DNA of 64,000 nucleotides from Camelus ferus (GCF_009834535.1 NC_045696.1:88042001-88106000), one strand, 5' to 3'. Numbered from the stretch's first letter, positions 11,283 through 25,082 are shown. Notes: generated from the letters alone by a model not told the origin. Translations and numbers: made by a program.

Positions 11283-11897
11283 GTAGACTTACCATATGAT
11301 CCAGCAATCCCACTTGTAGGCATATATCCGGAGGTAACTCTAATTCAGAGATACAGGCACCCCAAAGTTCATAGCAGCACTATTTACAATAGTTAAGACA
11401 TGGAAACAACCTAAGTGTCCATTGACAGATAACTGGATAAAGAATTTGTGGTGTATTTATACAATGGAATACTACTCAGCCACAAAAAATGAAATTTTGC
11501 CACTTGCCACAACATGGGTGGACTTCAGGGGCATTACACTAAGTGAAATAAGTCAGACAAAGAAAGACAAATACTGTATGATGTCACTTCTATGTGGAAT
11601 CTAAACTATAAAACAAACTAGTGAAAAAAAAAGAAAGAGACTCACAGATATAGAAAACAAACTAGTAGTGAGGAGAGGGAAGCAGGGGAGGGCAATATAG
11701 GAGTGGGAGATTAAGAGGTACAAACTATTATGTATAAAATAAACAAGCAACAAGGATATATTGTATAATTCAAGGAATATAGGCAATATTTTATAAGAAC
11801 TATAAGTAGCATATAACCTTTAAAAATTGTGAACCACTGTGCTGTACACCTTTAACTTATATAATTTTGTACATCAACTATACTTCAATAAAAAAAG
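11283..11897 (+). mobile_element. Older L1 3' fragment (ORF2 end plus 3'UTR)
   Basis: Encodes [25 protein letters not shown] sequence and ends CAACTATACTTCAATAAAAAAA. Confidence 0.88.
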
Positions 11898-13460
11898 AGA
11901 AAAATTTCTAAGAGATTCTCAAGATAAAAGTCAAAAATTACTTTTTGAATGAGTTATTTAATAAAATACTCACCAAGTTCAGGAATAGCTAGAGATATTA
12001 ACATAAATAGTAATAGAAAAGCTATCAGCCCACCTCAAGGACTATTTATGATAGAAGGACCTTAAAAATCTTTTGATCTAACCCTTTATTTTACAAATAA
12101 GGGCCACAGAGAAGTGACTTGCCAAATGTATCACCAAAAGTTGGCAGAGCAAGCACCAAGCTTCAATCTACAGTTGTTCTCCTTCAAAGAAAAGGAAAAA
12201 AGCCCTGCTTTTTCCCTCTTCAGACTAAAAAGAAATTTGTTGTCTTACAAAGGAGAATTGTTTTAGTCCACCACATTTTAAGACTTTTCTGAAGTACATG
12301 CATATATATACTTCCATAGTTTTCTGCCTTCAAGTAAATACATGACATTAGAGAATGATTTTCTGTTATTACCCGAGTGATCTGCTTGGGTGTTTAAAGG
12401 CTTCCTTGAATTCGATTCTTACATGGCAAGCATGATGAACCATTTTCCCAACCAGCCCTTTATGCAGTGATCCAGCACATGGTAACCAACTAAATAGTCT
12501 TTACTAAGCAGCATTACCACAGACAGCCTCCCCAAAAGACCAGAAAATCAGCACTAGGGACCACAGGCCTTTTCTTTTCACATAATGAAGTCTTGAGGAA
12601 GAGCAGAGAAATAAATGGAGTTTAATATAAACATTGAATCACAGATGAAAGAACCCCATCAAATGCTGACAGAAGAAAAACATCCAAACAGGGTCGATAA
12701 GCAACAACCTGCATAAAACACCACAACCACCCTGACAACCAAGCTTTTACTCCTCCTCTGGGGAAATTCAACACCCCATTAGATGAGCAGAAAGCAGATG
12801 CCCGGAAGGAAAATTCTATAACCAGTGAAGACCAGTTGATGGGACATTTTCAGAATCATCACTGCACAAATGACACCCAAGATGTTGATACCCCTTCCTC
12901 TTCTAAGTTGTTTGAGGGTTTGATAGTGAAAAATTTATGAGAAATCACAAAAGCAGTAAGCCTCACTCCCATGTAGCTGGGAGGAGGATAAAATAAGGCC
13001 ACTTCATAAAATTTCTCCTTTATGATATGTCCATTTCAAAAATACCAAGGAACCCCTTTGAAAATATTATTTGGGGAAAGGTTAACTTGCATTTGTGTTG
13101 CTCTGAATGAAATGAAAGTTGTTTTATGTTAGCAATACTAGGAATCACAAGCTAAAATATAAATAAGATTATTAATAATAATATTTGCAATCCCGTAGTC
13201 TCAGCATTCTTATTTCCACCACATAGTCCTGGAAATCATCATTTGCTTCATTTTCTGAGACTCCTACCTGCTCCCCCGGTTCCAATCCTGCCCAGCCACC
13301 AACTGAGCTCTTAAATGAAAATCAGATTATACCTTTCTGCTTACACTCTATGACGGCTGCTCCTTTCCCTTTGAAGAAAACCCAACATTCCTCCCTTGAG
13401 TAGTGAGGTCATGACTCACCTGTCTCTCTAATCCTCATCCTTCTGCCATTGCTTAACATC

Positions 13461-13926
13461 ACAGGGGAGGAGCTTTTTGGTCCTTAGGCTGATCTAATAA
13501 CCAAACTAACATAAGAAAAATTAGTAGAAGAAAAACAAATTTACTTACATATGCATGAAGCCCCCATAAGAATATGAGACTCAAGGGCAAGTTGGGCAGT
13601 TGAGGCTTATAAGCCATCCTGAGCTAAGGAATAGGATCGGGGCCTGGGCTTCATGGAGGCGGGGCCGGGGGGGGGGGGCAACTCACAAAATATAAGAAGG
13701 TGTTTGGTAGTTAGATGTTTGTCCTGCCATACGGATAAGTCATTCAGATAAAAAGGTATCTCTGGTAATAGCCCTTTTTCTGCACCAGGAACCCCATCTA
13801 AATTCTTTTAGGTAGTTAAGGGAGAGATAAAGTTTCTTGAGTCCGCTGGGTCTTAACTGCCTTCTGCTCAAAATTATCCACATGTCAAAGTGGCATATTT
13901 TGGGGAAACTCATTCTGATCCCCTCT
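13461..13926 (-). mobile_element. ERV1 LTR, MER34/MER39-like, inserted in an L2 remnant
   Basis: Characteristic end ..CTCAAAATTATCCACATGTCAAAGTGGCATATTTTGGGG..CATTCTGATCCCCT. L2-like sequence flanks it at about 13200-13450 and 13930-14370. Confidence 0.7.
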
Positions 13927-14372
13927 GTCACCCTCCTGCCACATGGGGTGTTTCACTGTTCACACATGCCAAGCTGTCTCCCAGCTCAGGGCCTTTACCC
14001 TTGCTTTTCCCTTAGCCTGGGTCACTTTTCTTCCCAGGTCTCTGTGCCTCTCTCTAATTCACCTGATTCCAGCCTCTATAGACATGTCAGTTTCTCATAA
14101 GGACTGTCCTTCCTCACCCTATCCAAAGCCACCATCTCAGCCTCGAATTACCCTCCATGCCTCACTTGGCTTTAGCATCTATCTCCCTGGGGCTTTTTGC
14201 CTCACTGCACTTAATCACTGTCTGATATTAGATTATGAATGCATGAGTTTACGTATCTACCATGTGTCTTTCCTCATGCTCAGGTCAGCAGCAAGCAGCA
14301 GTGACTTATCTTACTCAACACCATTTCTCCAAAGTCCAGAATAATGCCTGGCACACAATAGGCATGCTATAG

Positions 14373-14374
<2 letters not shown>

Positions 14375-14414
<40 letters not shown>

Positions 14415-14427
14415 CACACACATACAC
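14375..14427. repeat. (TA)n then (CA)n microsatellite
   Basis: Seen directly. Confidence 0.9.
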
Positions 14428-14439
14428 AGAATGAATCAA

Positions 14440-14970
14440 TGAACAATAACAATAATTTACTAAGTATCTACTACATATTGGCTACTTTATTTATAGTATT
14501 TCTAATCCTAAATGCACACACACACACACATACACACACAAAAACCCTGCCAGATAAAGATCATTCCCATTTTCTTATCTAGGGAGAAAAGTGTTTAAAG
14601 AGGTTATATAACTTTCCCAGCCACACAAACAGTGATGGATCCAGAAAGGGAATCCAGATCTCCCTGGCTACTTTCTTTCTGTTACAGAACACAATATTGA
14701 AGATATCAATAAAGTTGACACTAATAAGAGTAAATATTTACAAGGTACTAACCAAGTGCCAGATACTGTTATAAGCACTTTATTTCTATCAGCTCATTTG
14801 AAGCTCAGGACAACCCAATCGTATTGCTGCTTTTATCTCATTTCATAGATAAAGAAGTTAAGGCTTAGACAGGTTATAACATTTGCCCAGGATAAAAAGC
14901 TAGTCAGTGGAAGAGTTTGGACTCAAGCCGAGGCCACCTGGATTTAGAATCTGTGCTTCTAACTTTCATG
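14440..14970 (-). mobile_element. Two MIR fragments
   Basis: Sequence such as ..cattTCATAGATAAAGAAGTTAAGGCTTAGACAGGTTATAACATTTGCCCAGG..GGACTCAAGCCGAGG resembles the MIR core and tRNA region. Confidence 0.6.
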
Positions 14971-15477
14971 CTGTAAAGCGAGATCAGATGTTTCCTTTGT
15001 ATCGTTTCTGAAGTGAAACAGGTGAGGCACAGAGTGGTGTCCCTTTCTCCACAAAGGTCACAACACGGCGTTCCTGCAGCAGCACCTCTGCCACCCAGTG
15101 TCCAGTCCCCAAAGTACACAGAGAGCTTGGAACTACCTGGAGAAGACCAGCATGTACCATGCTGGGAGCCAGAAAATTAGGGATAATAAATAATGTTTTG
15201 GAGAGCATTTCAGTTTATAGTTTACAACACACTTTAGTAAAAAACTTCTTGAACTAATTTTAGAAGGTATTCATTTTAGATAAAATTGTCATCCCAACCA
15301 ACCTACTTTATAACCAATTGTTTTGAATTCAATTGTTTTGTGCCAAGTCATGGTAGCTGGATTCCAAATGTATTTTCCAGGTGAGAGAACTGAGGATCAG
15401 GGAGGTAAACAAACATCATATATGTCTTCAGGACTCAAAACCAAATCATTGGTTCCAAACCAACAGAAGTAGGAAAG

Positions 15478-16011
15478 TTTGCAGAAAGAGCTAATACAGC
15501 TTCCCTGAGGCTGTTATCTTTAGAAGGTTTTGCCTTCAAGTTTGGTCCTTGGCTGGCATCTGGGAACATGGCTTTTACATCGTTCACTAAGTGATGAGGT
15601 TGGACTGCTGTGCCAGCTTGCTTAAACTGTACAAACAACATTTTTTATGGTGAGCACCCACTCTTTTTCCATCTTAGAGTTTGGAATTTTACTGGTACCT
15701 CTGTGATCAGCCCCCAGTGAAAACCCTGGACTCAATCACAAGCAGCCTTCCCTAGGCAGGCACGTTGCACACATGCACTTTTTCTGCGGAAGGAGAGGGT
15801 GCTGTGTGCGACCCCTCCTGGGGGGAAAGGGCATAGGACGCCTGCACACAGATTCCTCCAGACTCTGCCTGATGCGTTTTTCCCCTTCCATCTGGTTGTG
15901 TATTCTTACTGGGCTGCTCTAACAAATCTGAGCTGAGAGTATGATGCTGAAATCTGTGAATCCTGCTAGTGAATCGCCCAGTGTGCAGGTGGCCCAGGAG
16001 GGCCCTGAGAC
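15478..16011 (+). mobile_element. ERVL LTR, MER68-like
   Basis: Start TGCAGAAAGAGCTAA..CCTTGGCTGGCATCTGGGAAC and end ..GTGAATCCTGCTAGTGAATCGCC..GAGACA match the remembered MER68 consensus. Confidence 0.7.
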
Positions 16012-17281
16012 AGAAGGGCAACAGGAGGATGAAGGGCCCTTGGCAAAGGTGATGGAGACCAGGGAGAGTGGGGACCCCTCTGTGGACAGACCTGGAAGCC
16101 AAGAGAGTCACTGGGGTTACACAGACCTTGTAATCGACACCTGAGGTAGGAGCCAGCCCCCACAGCTATGTAATTTACTGATACAAAGGGCAGGGCTGTG
16201 CCTCTAATAAAGAACTCTTAGTATTTATTCACCATCAGTCAAAAGGAGGAGAGGAGGCTGCCCCAGCATTTGAAGTTTAAACCCCAACACTTTCCAAGAG
16301 AGTTAAAATTATAGGAGAGAAATTGGCTTTTCTTGGCTGAAACTCTGCATACTGATTAGCGCCCAAAGAGGCAAATTTATTCAAATCTACCTCCCTAAAA
16401 CAAATGCCATCTTTTCTGGGGGAGTAAAATGGTGTGGAACTATATATAGGATACACCATTTAAAATTCCTTTTTCAGGAAAATTCCTCTCCACATTCCTT
16501 TGCACCAGACACATTTGTTACCTGGATAGCAGCTGAACCTCATTTCAAGGGTGATAGATAACTAATCTCTTGGGTCTTATCCAGACCCCATGCATACACT
16601 GTGGAATTTATGTTGTAAAATCTCTTAATAGATGTCTACCTGATGGCAAATTCATTTTGGTATTTTAATACTCAAGCTCACTTCTAGTCCAAGATACACC
16701 AGCTTTCTTTTAACACTTCCCCCCTATGTTAAACTTTTCAGAAAGAAACTGACCTCCCCATACACTTACACCCATATACACACAGGTAAAAATCCCTTCT
16801 ATCTAGAAAGATTTGGATTCAGAAAGCACTTCAAAAGAGCTGGCACCACTCATCCCAAATGGCTAAGAGAGAACCAGTTAGAGCCAGAATGGCAACTCTT
16901 ATAATATAAAAAAGACCGAGGGGTCCAGTGATACCATCACAATATTTACAGGGTTTTATTTCACAAAGGGCAGTGCTGAAGTCACATCAACAGGGGAAAT
17001 ATTCTTTCCATATATTAAATTTTTTTTCTTGGGGAAAAAAAGGGATGCTCAGAAAAAAATGTGCTCTCTTCTTAGGTAGCTGGAAGGAAAAGCGAATGTA
17101 ATTTAAGTCACACCATCACCTTTAAATACAGGGCTGAAGTCTACTAACTCTGTCTCCCTGCCTTTGAAGTCATCATATGAACAGCATATGTCCCCCCAAA
17201 TTCATATGTTGAAATCCTAACCTACAATGTGATGGAGAAGAAGGTGGAGCCTTTGGGAGGTAATTAAGCCATGAGGGTAGA

Positions 17282-17709
17282 TGTGAGCAGGCCTGGAGAC
17301 AAGTTAAGGCCGTGGGACCCAAAGACACAGCCAGAGCCTTGAGATAAGTTAAGGCTATGGGATCCAAGGCCACAATTACAGAGCATGTTTGTAGTATGCA
17401 GTAAATAATTGCTCCACGCATGCGTCAATTATATAAGATTTAGAACAAAGGAAATAGAAGTACGCATGTGCTAGAGATATTCTGTAAGCCTAATGAACAA
17501 AGAAACTCAGGCTGCGCATGTGCTGACAGAAAACAGATAAAAGCAGGACAGGTGCATCATAGGCGCGCACCTCCCTGTGGCAATAAAGTGTTGTTAACCC
17601 CATGGTGTCTCCAGCTGAAGTCTGTCCGGTGGTATGGCAACTCCTCATGCATTTTTTCATTTGGGCCACTCACCTCCTAGATCCCCACATCAGCCTCCCT
17701 CGGCTGACA
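17282..17709 (+). mobile_element. Solo LTR, 428 bp, probably lineage-specific
   Basis: TG...CA ends, perfect 5-bp TSD GTAGA (17277-17281, 17710-17714), AATAAA at 17582. Confidence 0.85.
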
Positions 17710-17760
17710 GTAGAATCCTGAGGAACAGGATTAGTGCTCTTATAAGAAGAGAGACTAGAG

Positions 17761-17867
17761 GGCTGGGTATAGCTCAGTGGTAAAGTACATGCTTAGCATG
17801 GACGTTCTGGGTTCAGTCCCCAGTACCTTCACTAACAAAAAGAATACCCTTTTTTTTTTTCAATAAA
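17761..17867 (+). mobile_element. tRNA-derived SINE (camelid Vic-1-like)
   Basis: GGCTGGGTATAGCTCAGTGGTAAAG..GGTTCAGTCCCCAG. The 17-bp TSD has 2 mismatches (17744-17760, 17868-17884). Confidence 0.82.
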
Positions 17868-18679
17868 AAGAAGAGACACCAGAGCTTGCTTCCTCTCTGC
17901 CACATAGGGAAACAACAAGAAGGCAGCCATCTACATACACCCAGGATGCAGAATCTTACCAGACACCAGATCTGGCAGTGCCTGGATCTTGGACTTCTTA
18001 GCCTCCAGGGATGTGAGAAAAAAATGTTGTTTAAGCCACTCAGTTTATGGTATTTTGTTACAGCAGCCAGAGCTGACTAAGACATCCTGGTCATAAAAAG
18101 AATATCAGTCTCTTGCATTCATGAGCTACCAGAATGTTCAGAAAGAGACAGAAACTTCTCCTTCAATGAGCAGTGAAAATTCCTGAGAGATGGCAGGGTA
18201 TGAGACTCCATGGGTCTGAAACCAGGGCTCTAGAGAAAGAAGGGAGAAGTGAGAAGAGAGGGAAGTCAGAACTGAAAGAGTACGCACATGGCTCACACTT
18301 TTGTAAAGGGTCTACCTTCAAAATACCCCCTTCCCATTACATATCCCCATCAGTGCAATATAATTAGATCTGAGGATAACTAGTGAGTCAAATTGTAAAG
18401 AAAGGCTGAGAACTCCCCAATCATTTTATGAAGACTTTGTAGCTAAGAATTGGAAGAATTTTTCCTCCACTGGGATTACTAAAGGCACCGCTATAACAGC
18501 AAAAAGGATCCCTCCATGAACACAGACACAGTAAGACAAATCTGCCCAGACTGAAAGTTACTCGAAGTAGAAGTCATGTTTATTCATTTTAGGCTGCCAC
18601 TTTCTACCCTAGGCAGGTATGCAGTAGGTACTTAACGATTTGTTACTAAAGAATGAAAGAGTTGATTCCTGTATCTAAA

Positions 18680-19420
18680 ATTGAGATTCCTTTAAAAACT
18701 AAAAATAGACTTACCATATGATCCAACAATCCAACTCCTAGGTGTATATCTGGAGACATGTCTAATTTGAAAAGATACATACACCACAGTGTTCATAGCA
18801 GCACTATGTCCAATAGCCAAGACATGGAAGCAACCTAAATGTCCATCAACAGATCATTGGATAAGGAAGTTGTGGTGTACGTGTGTGTGTGTGTACATAC
18901 ACACATGGAATACTACTCAGCCACAAAAAAAGAATAATGCCATTTGCAGCAACATGGATGGACCAGAAGATTGTCATACTAAGTGAAATAAGCCAGAAAG
19001 AGAAAGAAAAATACCAGATGATATCACTTACATGTAGAATCTAAAAACTGACACAAATGAACTCATTTACAAAACAGAAATAGACTCACAGACATAGAAA
19101 ACAAACTTAAATTGTTATGGGACAGGAAGGGTGAAGGGATAAACTGGGATTTTGGGATTTGCAGATACACACTACTATATATAAAACAGATAAACAATAA
19201 GGTCCTACGGTATAGCACAGGAAACTATATTCCTATATTCAATGCTTTGTAATGGCCCATAATGAAAAGAATATGAAAAGGGATATATATATGCATATAT
19301 GTATCTTTGAATCACTGTGCTGTACACCAGAAATTAACACAACATTGTAAACTGACTATACTTTAATTTAAAAAACAAAGAAAAATCTCTGGACTGGAAA
19401 AAATAAAAATTAAAAAGATA
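18680..19420 (+). mobile_element. L1 3' fragment
   Basis: [19 protein letters not shown] coding remnant, 3'UTR and A-rich tail. Confidence 0.9.
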
Positions 19421-22309
19421 AAATGTTGCCATCTCTACTGCTATTTTGGCCTGTCAAAAATGCATCCATCTTACAAGCCCCCTGCAAAGTTTTCTCTAAT
19501 TCTCCTGTCTGTATAAAGTCTCTTTCTCCTTAGAATGCTCATTGTACTCTATTATCTTGATGATAATTATCTTAATCAAGCTTGAAATTAAGTCATATGT
19601 GTCTTCTGTCCTCATCCTTCTCCCCACCCTACTCCATCCCTGGCCCCATGCACTATAAACACCTTGGACATCATGGGCATCTTTTTGTCCATAGGCTCTT
19701 CTATTACATTCTAGAGCAGAGTGCCTTATTTACAGGAAGTGCAGATATTTTAAATATGATTTTATACTCATGCAAAATAGTCTACTGCTTATTTTTTTCT
19801 GCTCCCACTTCTCACATGACAGGGTTATCCTTAAATAACATCACAGGATTCATTCCCGATTTTATTTTGTAAAGCAAATAATTATTGTCATACTTTTTAT
19901 GCATGTTCCATAGCTGTATCACAGTATGGCTACTATTCCCTGCCACTAACAATTAAAATCTCATCATTTATGAACATTTTTACTGTTTTGGGAAAAATCT
20001 CTTTCTTCTATCCTGTGCTGGATGAATATGTTCATTTTATTTCCTCACCTGATATTGCACCTCAGGTGGAACTGGATATACTCTGCGGGGATCTTGAAGA
20101 TAAAGTTTGACTCACTCGATGACTTGTTAATCCACATGGGCCAAAACACTTCTGATTTCTCATTTGTAAAATGAGATTTTAAAACCTTCATTATTATTTA
20201 TTAAGCATTCACTATACCCAGGGACCCTAATAAAAGATACTGCACTCAAACAGCTTAAAAATAAGACCTCCACTTGCAATAAGGGGACAAGGTGGGAACT
20301 CTCACCCAGGGTCATTCAATTTCGGGTGCTTTACATATTAAAAGGGTGCACATTTTGTAAGAAGGCTGGCAAATGATTCCTAAGGGGGCGTTTGTAGCAT
20401 AGTGGCAGAGAAGTACCAGGATTAGAGAACCCACAGCTGGAGCAGTCTAATAACAGAGAGGAGGGTGGACAACATTAGAGGTTAGTTCAGAGCATTAAAA
20501 AATTTGAAGGGAGACTAAGGCTTTTTCTTTTGCAGAGATATTAACAAGTTGTACACATCAAGATAGGTAGGCAAACTTTCTGGTGTTACCTCTGAGAAGG
20601 ATCCGTTTAGTTTATAACCACACCAAGTACAATAACCACCAACTCTTTATCCAGGTCACAAAATTCCACCCAAAACCAATCATGACCAGACTCCTAAATA
20701 GACATTTGTTTCCCCCAAATTCCTAATTTACCTACTTTTCACTCCAGACAATGAGTCAGACCCTTTCTATCCTTAGCTCCCTCATATCATATTAAATCAA
20801 GACAAAGAGTGTCAGCTTTATGTACCAATTTTTTTAACACAACATGATTATATTTCAATACACAACCAAAATATAAAACACTGTAGTAAATGTACAAAAT
20901 TGATTCATCAAAAAATCTCTCTTAGAATTGAAAGTTCATTTTTATCTTTGGCCCTATTCCCTTTATTCCTTCCCATTTATCTGAGCCGGGCATTTCTTGT
21001 TTTCTCTTGCTGTGGAATTAATTAATTTAACTCAAGGTAGTTGTTTTCATGTAATCAACACCAGTGAGGCAAGCACTAAAGAATTCTAATAAGAAGCAAC
21101 CATGATGAAGTCAAAGTTTTCCATTGCACAACTCTTTTCTTTAGTTTCCTTTTCAATGTATAGCTTAAAGAAGTCTCAATTATTTTTATTGTTTCTATCC
21201 TATTTGTCTCATGTCACAGAACTTAAAGCTCAAGGGAACTTTAGAGATCATACAACCCAATTCATTCACTTTATAGGTAAGAGAAAGAAAGGTATTTAAT
21301 AGCAGAGCCAGGTCCCATGATCTCAGATCTAGTGTTCATACCTTTTAATTGCATCTCCTCCCTGCTCTGCAGTGTTCCTAAGGGGGAAACCTTTAGCTTT
21401 ATTTCCAACTCCCATTTGGAACGCAGCTTCCAAAGGCAACTATGACTAGCAGTCCCCATATAAATCATGTCGGAATGATTTGGAATGTGCCAGTGTAGCT
21501 TCACGTAGGAGGTTTACCTCTAAAATCCACACTTTATATTCAGTAGTGAATGTTTCTTAGGCAAAATACATTCTGTCCTGAGAAATTAATTTATCATGAT
21601 AATAAAAATTCAGCTCCCAAAGATTTGAAATCACACTTATCCAAGAGATTTAACTTAGTTAAATGACTTCCTGCTAATTACCCCTTAAATGCATCTCCGT
21701 GTTTATAGAAAAAAAAAGTTAAAGTTTCAGTTAAAACTCCAGGAAAGCATGTGCTATTTGAAAAACATAGCTTCTGATGAAATGTTATTTTCTATTTTGT
21801 CAAAGAAAATTTGCAGCTGTGTATAAACAAACTTTTCAATTGCTATAGAAAGTCTAATTTTTTCATCTCCTTAAATAAAACTCATAGAGTATGAAGTAAA
21901 CAGCTAAAAGGAGATATATTTAAAAGATGCAAAATTTTATTCTGTTCTTGCAGTATTTTTTTTTTTTCAAAATGAAGCATCTGGTGTCAAACTCAAGAAT
22001 TAGCACTAACTTTAAAAAAGGCATTGTTTCACTGTTGAGTAGTGAAACAGTCTTCCAGGAAGAAATAAAATCATCTGATAAGTATAACAAAAGTAAATTA
22101 GAGTTAACATTAAAAACTGTAAAAAAAAATCTATAAGAGATACAAATGTTCTCTTGTTTATTTATGTTTCTGGTTTTATCTCTGAGTTAAAATGAAAATA
22201 GTTTCCATTATGAAATGTCATATAAATAATAGATACACATTTATTTCTGAAATAGTGTCTGAAGATGACTAGCTCTGTGATATACATTATTGAAATATAT
22301 TACATATAA

Positions 22310-23191
22310 TGAAGGGTAGCAGAATATGCCTCCCTAAAATACGCCCCTTTGGCATAAGAATTAATTTGAGCTGAAGGCAATTAAAAAGACGCATATACAA
22401 AAAAATGCTCTCTGCCCTTCCCTTGTTTTCCTAAAAGCAGGACATAACATTTGTAAAGGTGTTTCCCCTCCCCTTTCTCCCAGGAGCACAGAAGCTGACT
22501 GCTGGAGACAACTCTAGATCCTTATCAGCCCAGTGACATCACCAGATGAACCTACATAATATACCTTTCAACCAGCCCTTTTACAGTCAGTCCTCCATAT
22601 CTGCAGGCTCTGCACCCGCAGATTCAACGAACCTCCGACTGAAAACATTCCAAAACAAAACAAAATAAAACTCCAGAAAGTTCCAAAGGGCAAAACCTAA
22701 ATTTGCAACACAGCATTTACATTGTATTAAGTATTATAAGTAATCTAGAGAGGATTTAAAGTATGCAGGAGAATGTGAGTAGGTTATAGGCATATAATAC
22801 ACAACTTTATATGGGGGACTTGGTTTCCACGTGGGGTCCTAAGACCAATCCCCACGGATACCAGGGGACGACTGTATTCCATCAGTTCCCCCAACTATTT
22901 ATCTTCCCACAATTTGCCACTCTAGAAACTCAAAATTTTTTTTGCCCTTTATCTTGACACCTCTCTAAAACTTTGTTGTTCTTTTGTTAAGAGGCTACAT
23001 AAGCCCAGGTCTTAACCACCTTTTTGATTTACTCAGCACTAAGTGCCCCCATGTATATGCGTGATGCACATAGTAATGAACTTTCATTTGTTTTTCTCTT
23101 GCTGCTCTGACTTCCGTCACTCTAATTTATGGGGCCCCAGATGGAGAACCTAAGATGGGTAAAGGAAAAAGAAAATGTTTCCTCCCTTACT
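22310..23191 (+). mobile_element. ERV1 solo LTR, MER34/MER39-like, containing a MER2 insertion
   Basis: Starts TGAAGGGTAGCAGAATATGCC..CTTTGGCATAAG..TTTGAGCTGAAGGCAATT. Apparent 4-bp TSD ATAA (22306-22309, 23192-23195). Confidence 0.75.
22584..22874 (-). mobile_element. MER2-like TcMar-Tigger non-autonomous DNA transposon
   Basis: Imperfect TIRs CAGTCAGTCCTCCATATC / GATACCAGGGGACGACTG, with TA duplication on both sides. Confidence 0.85.
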
Positions 23192-23356
23192 ATAAATTGA
23201 TGAATACGTTAAAAAAAATTAAGAGTTTAAGCCTCCTAAAGTCACAGTCCATGCCCTTTATGTTCACAGTTGTATTTCCAAGGATCTGGCCCAGTACCTA
23301 ACACACATTAAGTGCTTAATAAAATTGTCTCAATGAATGTGAAAGTATGCATACTT

Positions 23357-24270
23357 TGTTAGCCAGGATTCTCACTAACAACAAAACACACAAGGCAACT
23401 TTAAGCAGAAATGAAATGCATTGAATAACTTTAGGTATTACTATATACCTAAACTAGCAGGACTAGCATGAAAACCAGAAGGTCAGGCTTCGAGGCTCTG
23501 AAGCCAGAAACAACTTTCAAACCACAGAGTGAGACTATTCCAGGGAGGAACTCTCTGCCTCTTTCACTGGAACAAACACTGGCTTACACTGCTGATACTG
23601 TGTGGCATGGTCCCTGAACCTGCATAGAAAAATGATCATCTCTTTCATGCTATTCCTTGGCAGTGCAATCTGTAGCAACCAACATGCAAAACTTGCATCC
23701 TCTTCTCTAACCTCTTCTCATGCACTAATCACTAAATACAGATCTGTTTCTTAGGTGAGAGTTTTCCAATTATTTCTTCCTGAATATGACATATCACCAT
23801 GCTTTCAGCTTCTGTTCCCTCATTGCCAATCAACTGACCATTAAATCAACACCATGTAATTTAGGATTTTTAGTGGCACTCTAATTCTGATGACCCATTT
23901 CCACACCAGTCAGGATAGACAAGGTCAGGCTGCAATAATAATAAAAAGCCAAAATAATAATCATGTAACACAGCAAGACTTCGTTTCTCACTTTAGTATT
24001 GGAGACTTTGTCCACTGCAATTATGTAGGGATCAGGGTGACAGGAACCCCTTTGCACCCCTTTCAAAGATTTCCAGTCCGATAAAGATGAATATGGCAAA
24101 GGGCATATGAGCAATAAAAGCTTCCACCTATATTGACCAAAACAGGCCACCTGATTATACCTACAAGTCACAAGATAACATCCAACTTGAAAAAGGACAG
24201 GGAAGGACAATCCTACCATTGCCTAGAAAAAAAATCACACATGTTTGGCGTATAGTATTTAAGACTGAAC
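23357..24270. mobile_element. Old MaLR/ERVL LTR-like fragments (MLT1J/K type)
   Basis: Weak resemblance only (agtcaggatagacaaggtcaggctgcaataata..). Confidence 0.3.
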
Positions 24271-24513
24271 ACATTTAGGAGGCAGGACTCATGATGTAAG
24301 ATATTTCTGAAACAGAAGAAAAAATGTTCTAAACATTCTGAGTGAATAACAAATAATAACAACATTTTCTCCAGTATCTAAAATTATTTCTCTCAATATG
24401 TACTATCAATAGTTCTGAGAAAATAATTTTTCCACTTCTTAATTTAGTTTAAATTGAAGATAGAAAACTATATAGAATTTGATGCATCACATTTGACTTA
24501 GTAATTTTCATAT

Positions 24514-25082
24514 CGTGGTAAACAAACTCTAGAGTGCTCCCAGTAATTCCCACTTCCTGGTGCCCACTCCGTTGTGTAATCCCCTTCCCTAGAGCATGGA
24601 AGGGGCCTGTAACTAATAAAATACGGCAAAGGGATGGAAGGTCACTCCCTTGATTATGTTATATAAGAGTCTGTCTAAGCATACTAGAGTAAGACACTAT
24701 TTGGCTAGCCTTCAAGAAGTGAACAGCCATGTTTTGAACCACTAGAAAGAGAACCACATGGCAGGGAATTGTGGGCACCCTCTAGGATCTGAGAATAGCC
24801 TTCAGCTGACAGCTAGTAAGAAGCTGAGACTCTCAGTCATACAACCATAAAGAAATGAACTCTGTCAACAACTGTAATGAGCTTGGATGCAGACTCTTAC
24901 CCAGTCAAGCCTCCAAATGAAAATGCAGCCCAACAAATATCTTGATAGCAACCTTGTGGGACACTGAGCTAAGCTGTACCTAAAATCTTGCCCCACGGAA
25001 ACTGTAACATAATAAATATTTGTGTTGTTTTAAGGTGCTAAATTTGTGATAATTTGTTACACAGACGTACAAACAAATATAC
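24514..25082 (+). mobile_element. MaLR LTR (MLT1E/F-like)
   Basis: TTGTGTAATCCCCTTCCC..AATACGGCAAAGGGATGGAAGGTCACT..CCCAGTCAAGCCTCCAAATGA..GCTAAATTTGTGATAATTTGTTACAC. Confidence 0.8.

Larger units (their letters stand above)
17173..18084 (+). mobile_element. MaLR LTR (MLT1A/B-like) interrupted by a younger LTR and a SINE
   Basis: CCCCCCAAATTCATATGTTGAAATCCTAA..GGAGCCTTTGGGAGGTAATTA at the start and TGGTATTTTGTTACAGCAGCC..GACTAAGACA at the end. Confidence 0.85.

Noticed and set aside
17761..17830. tRNA gene (also 9480-9545)
   Set aside because: The A and B boxes belong to SINEs with tails and TSDs, and no complete cloverleaf is present
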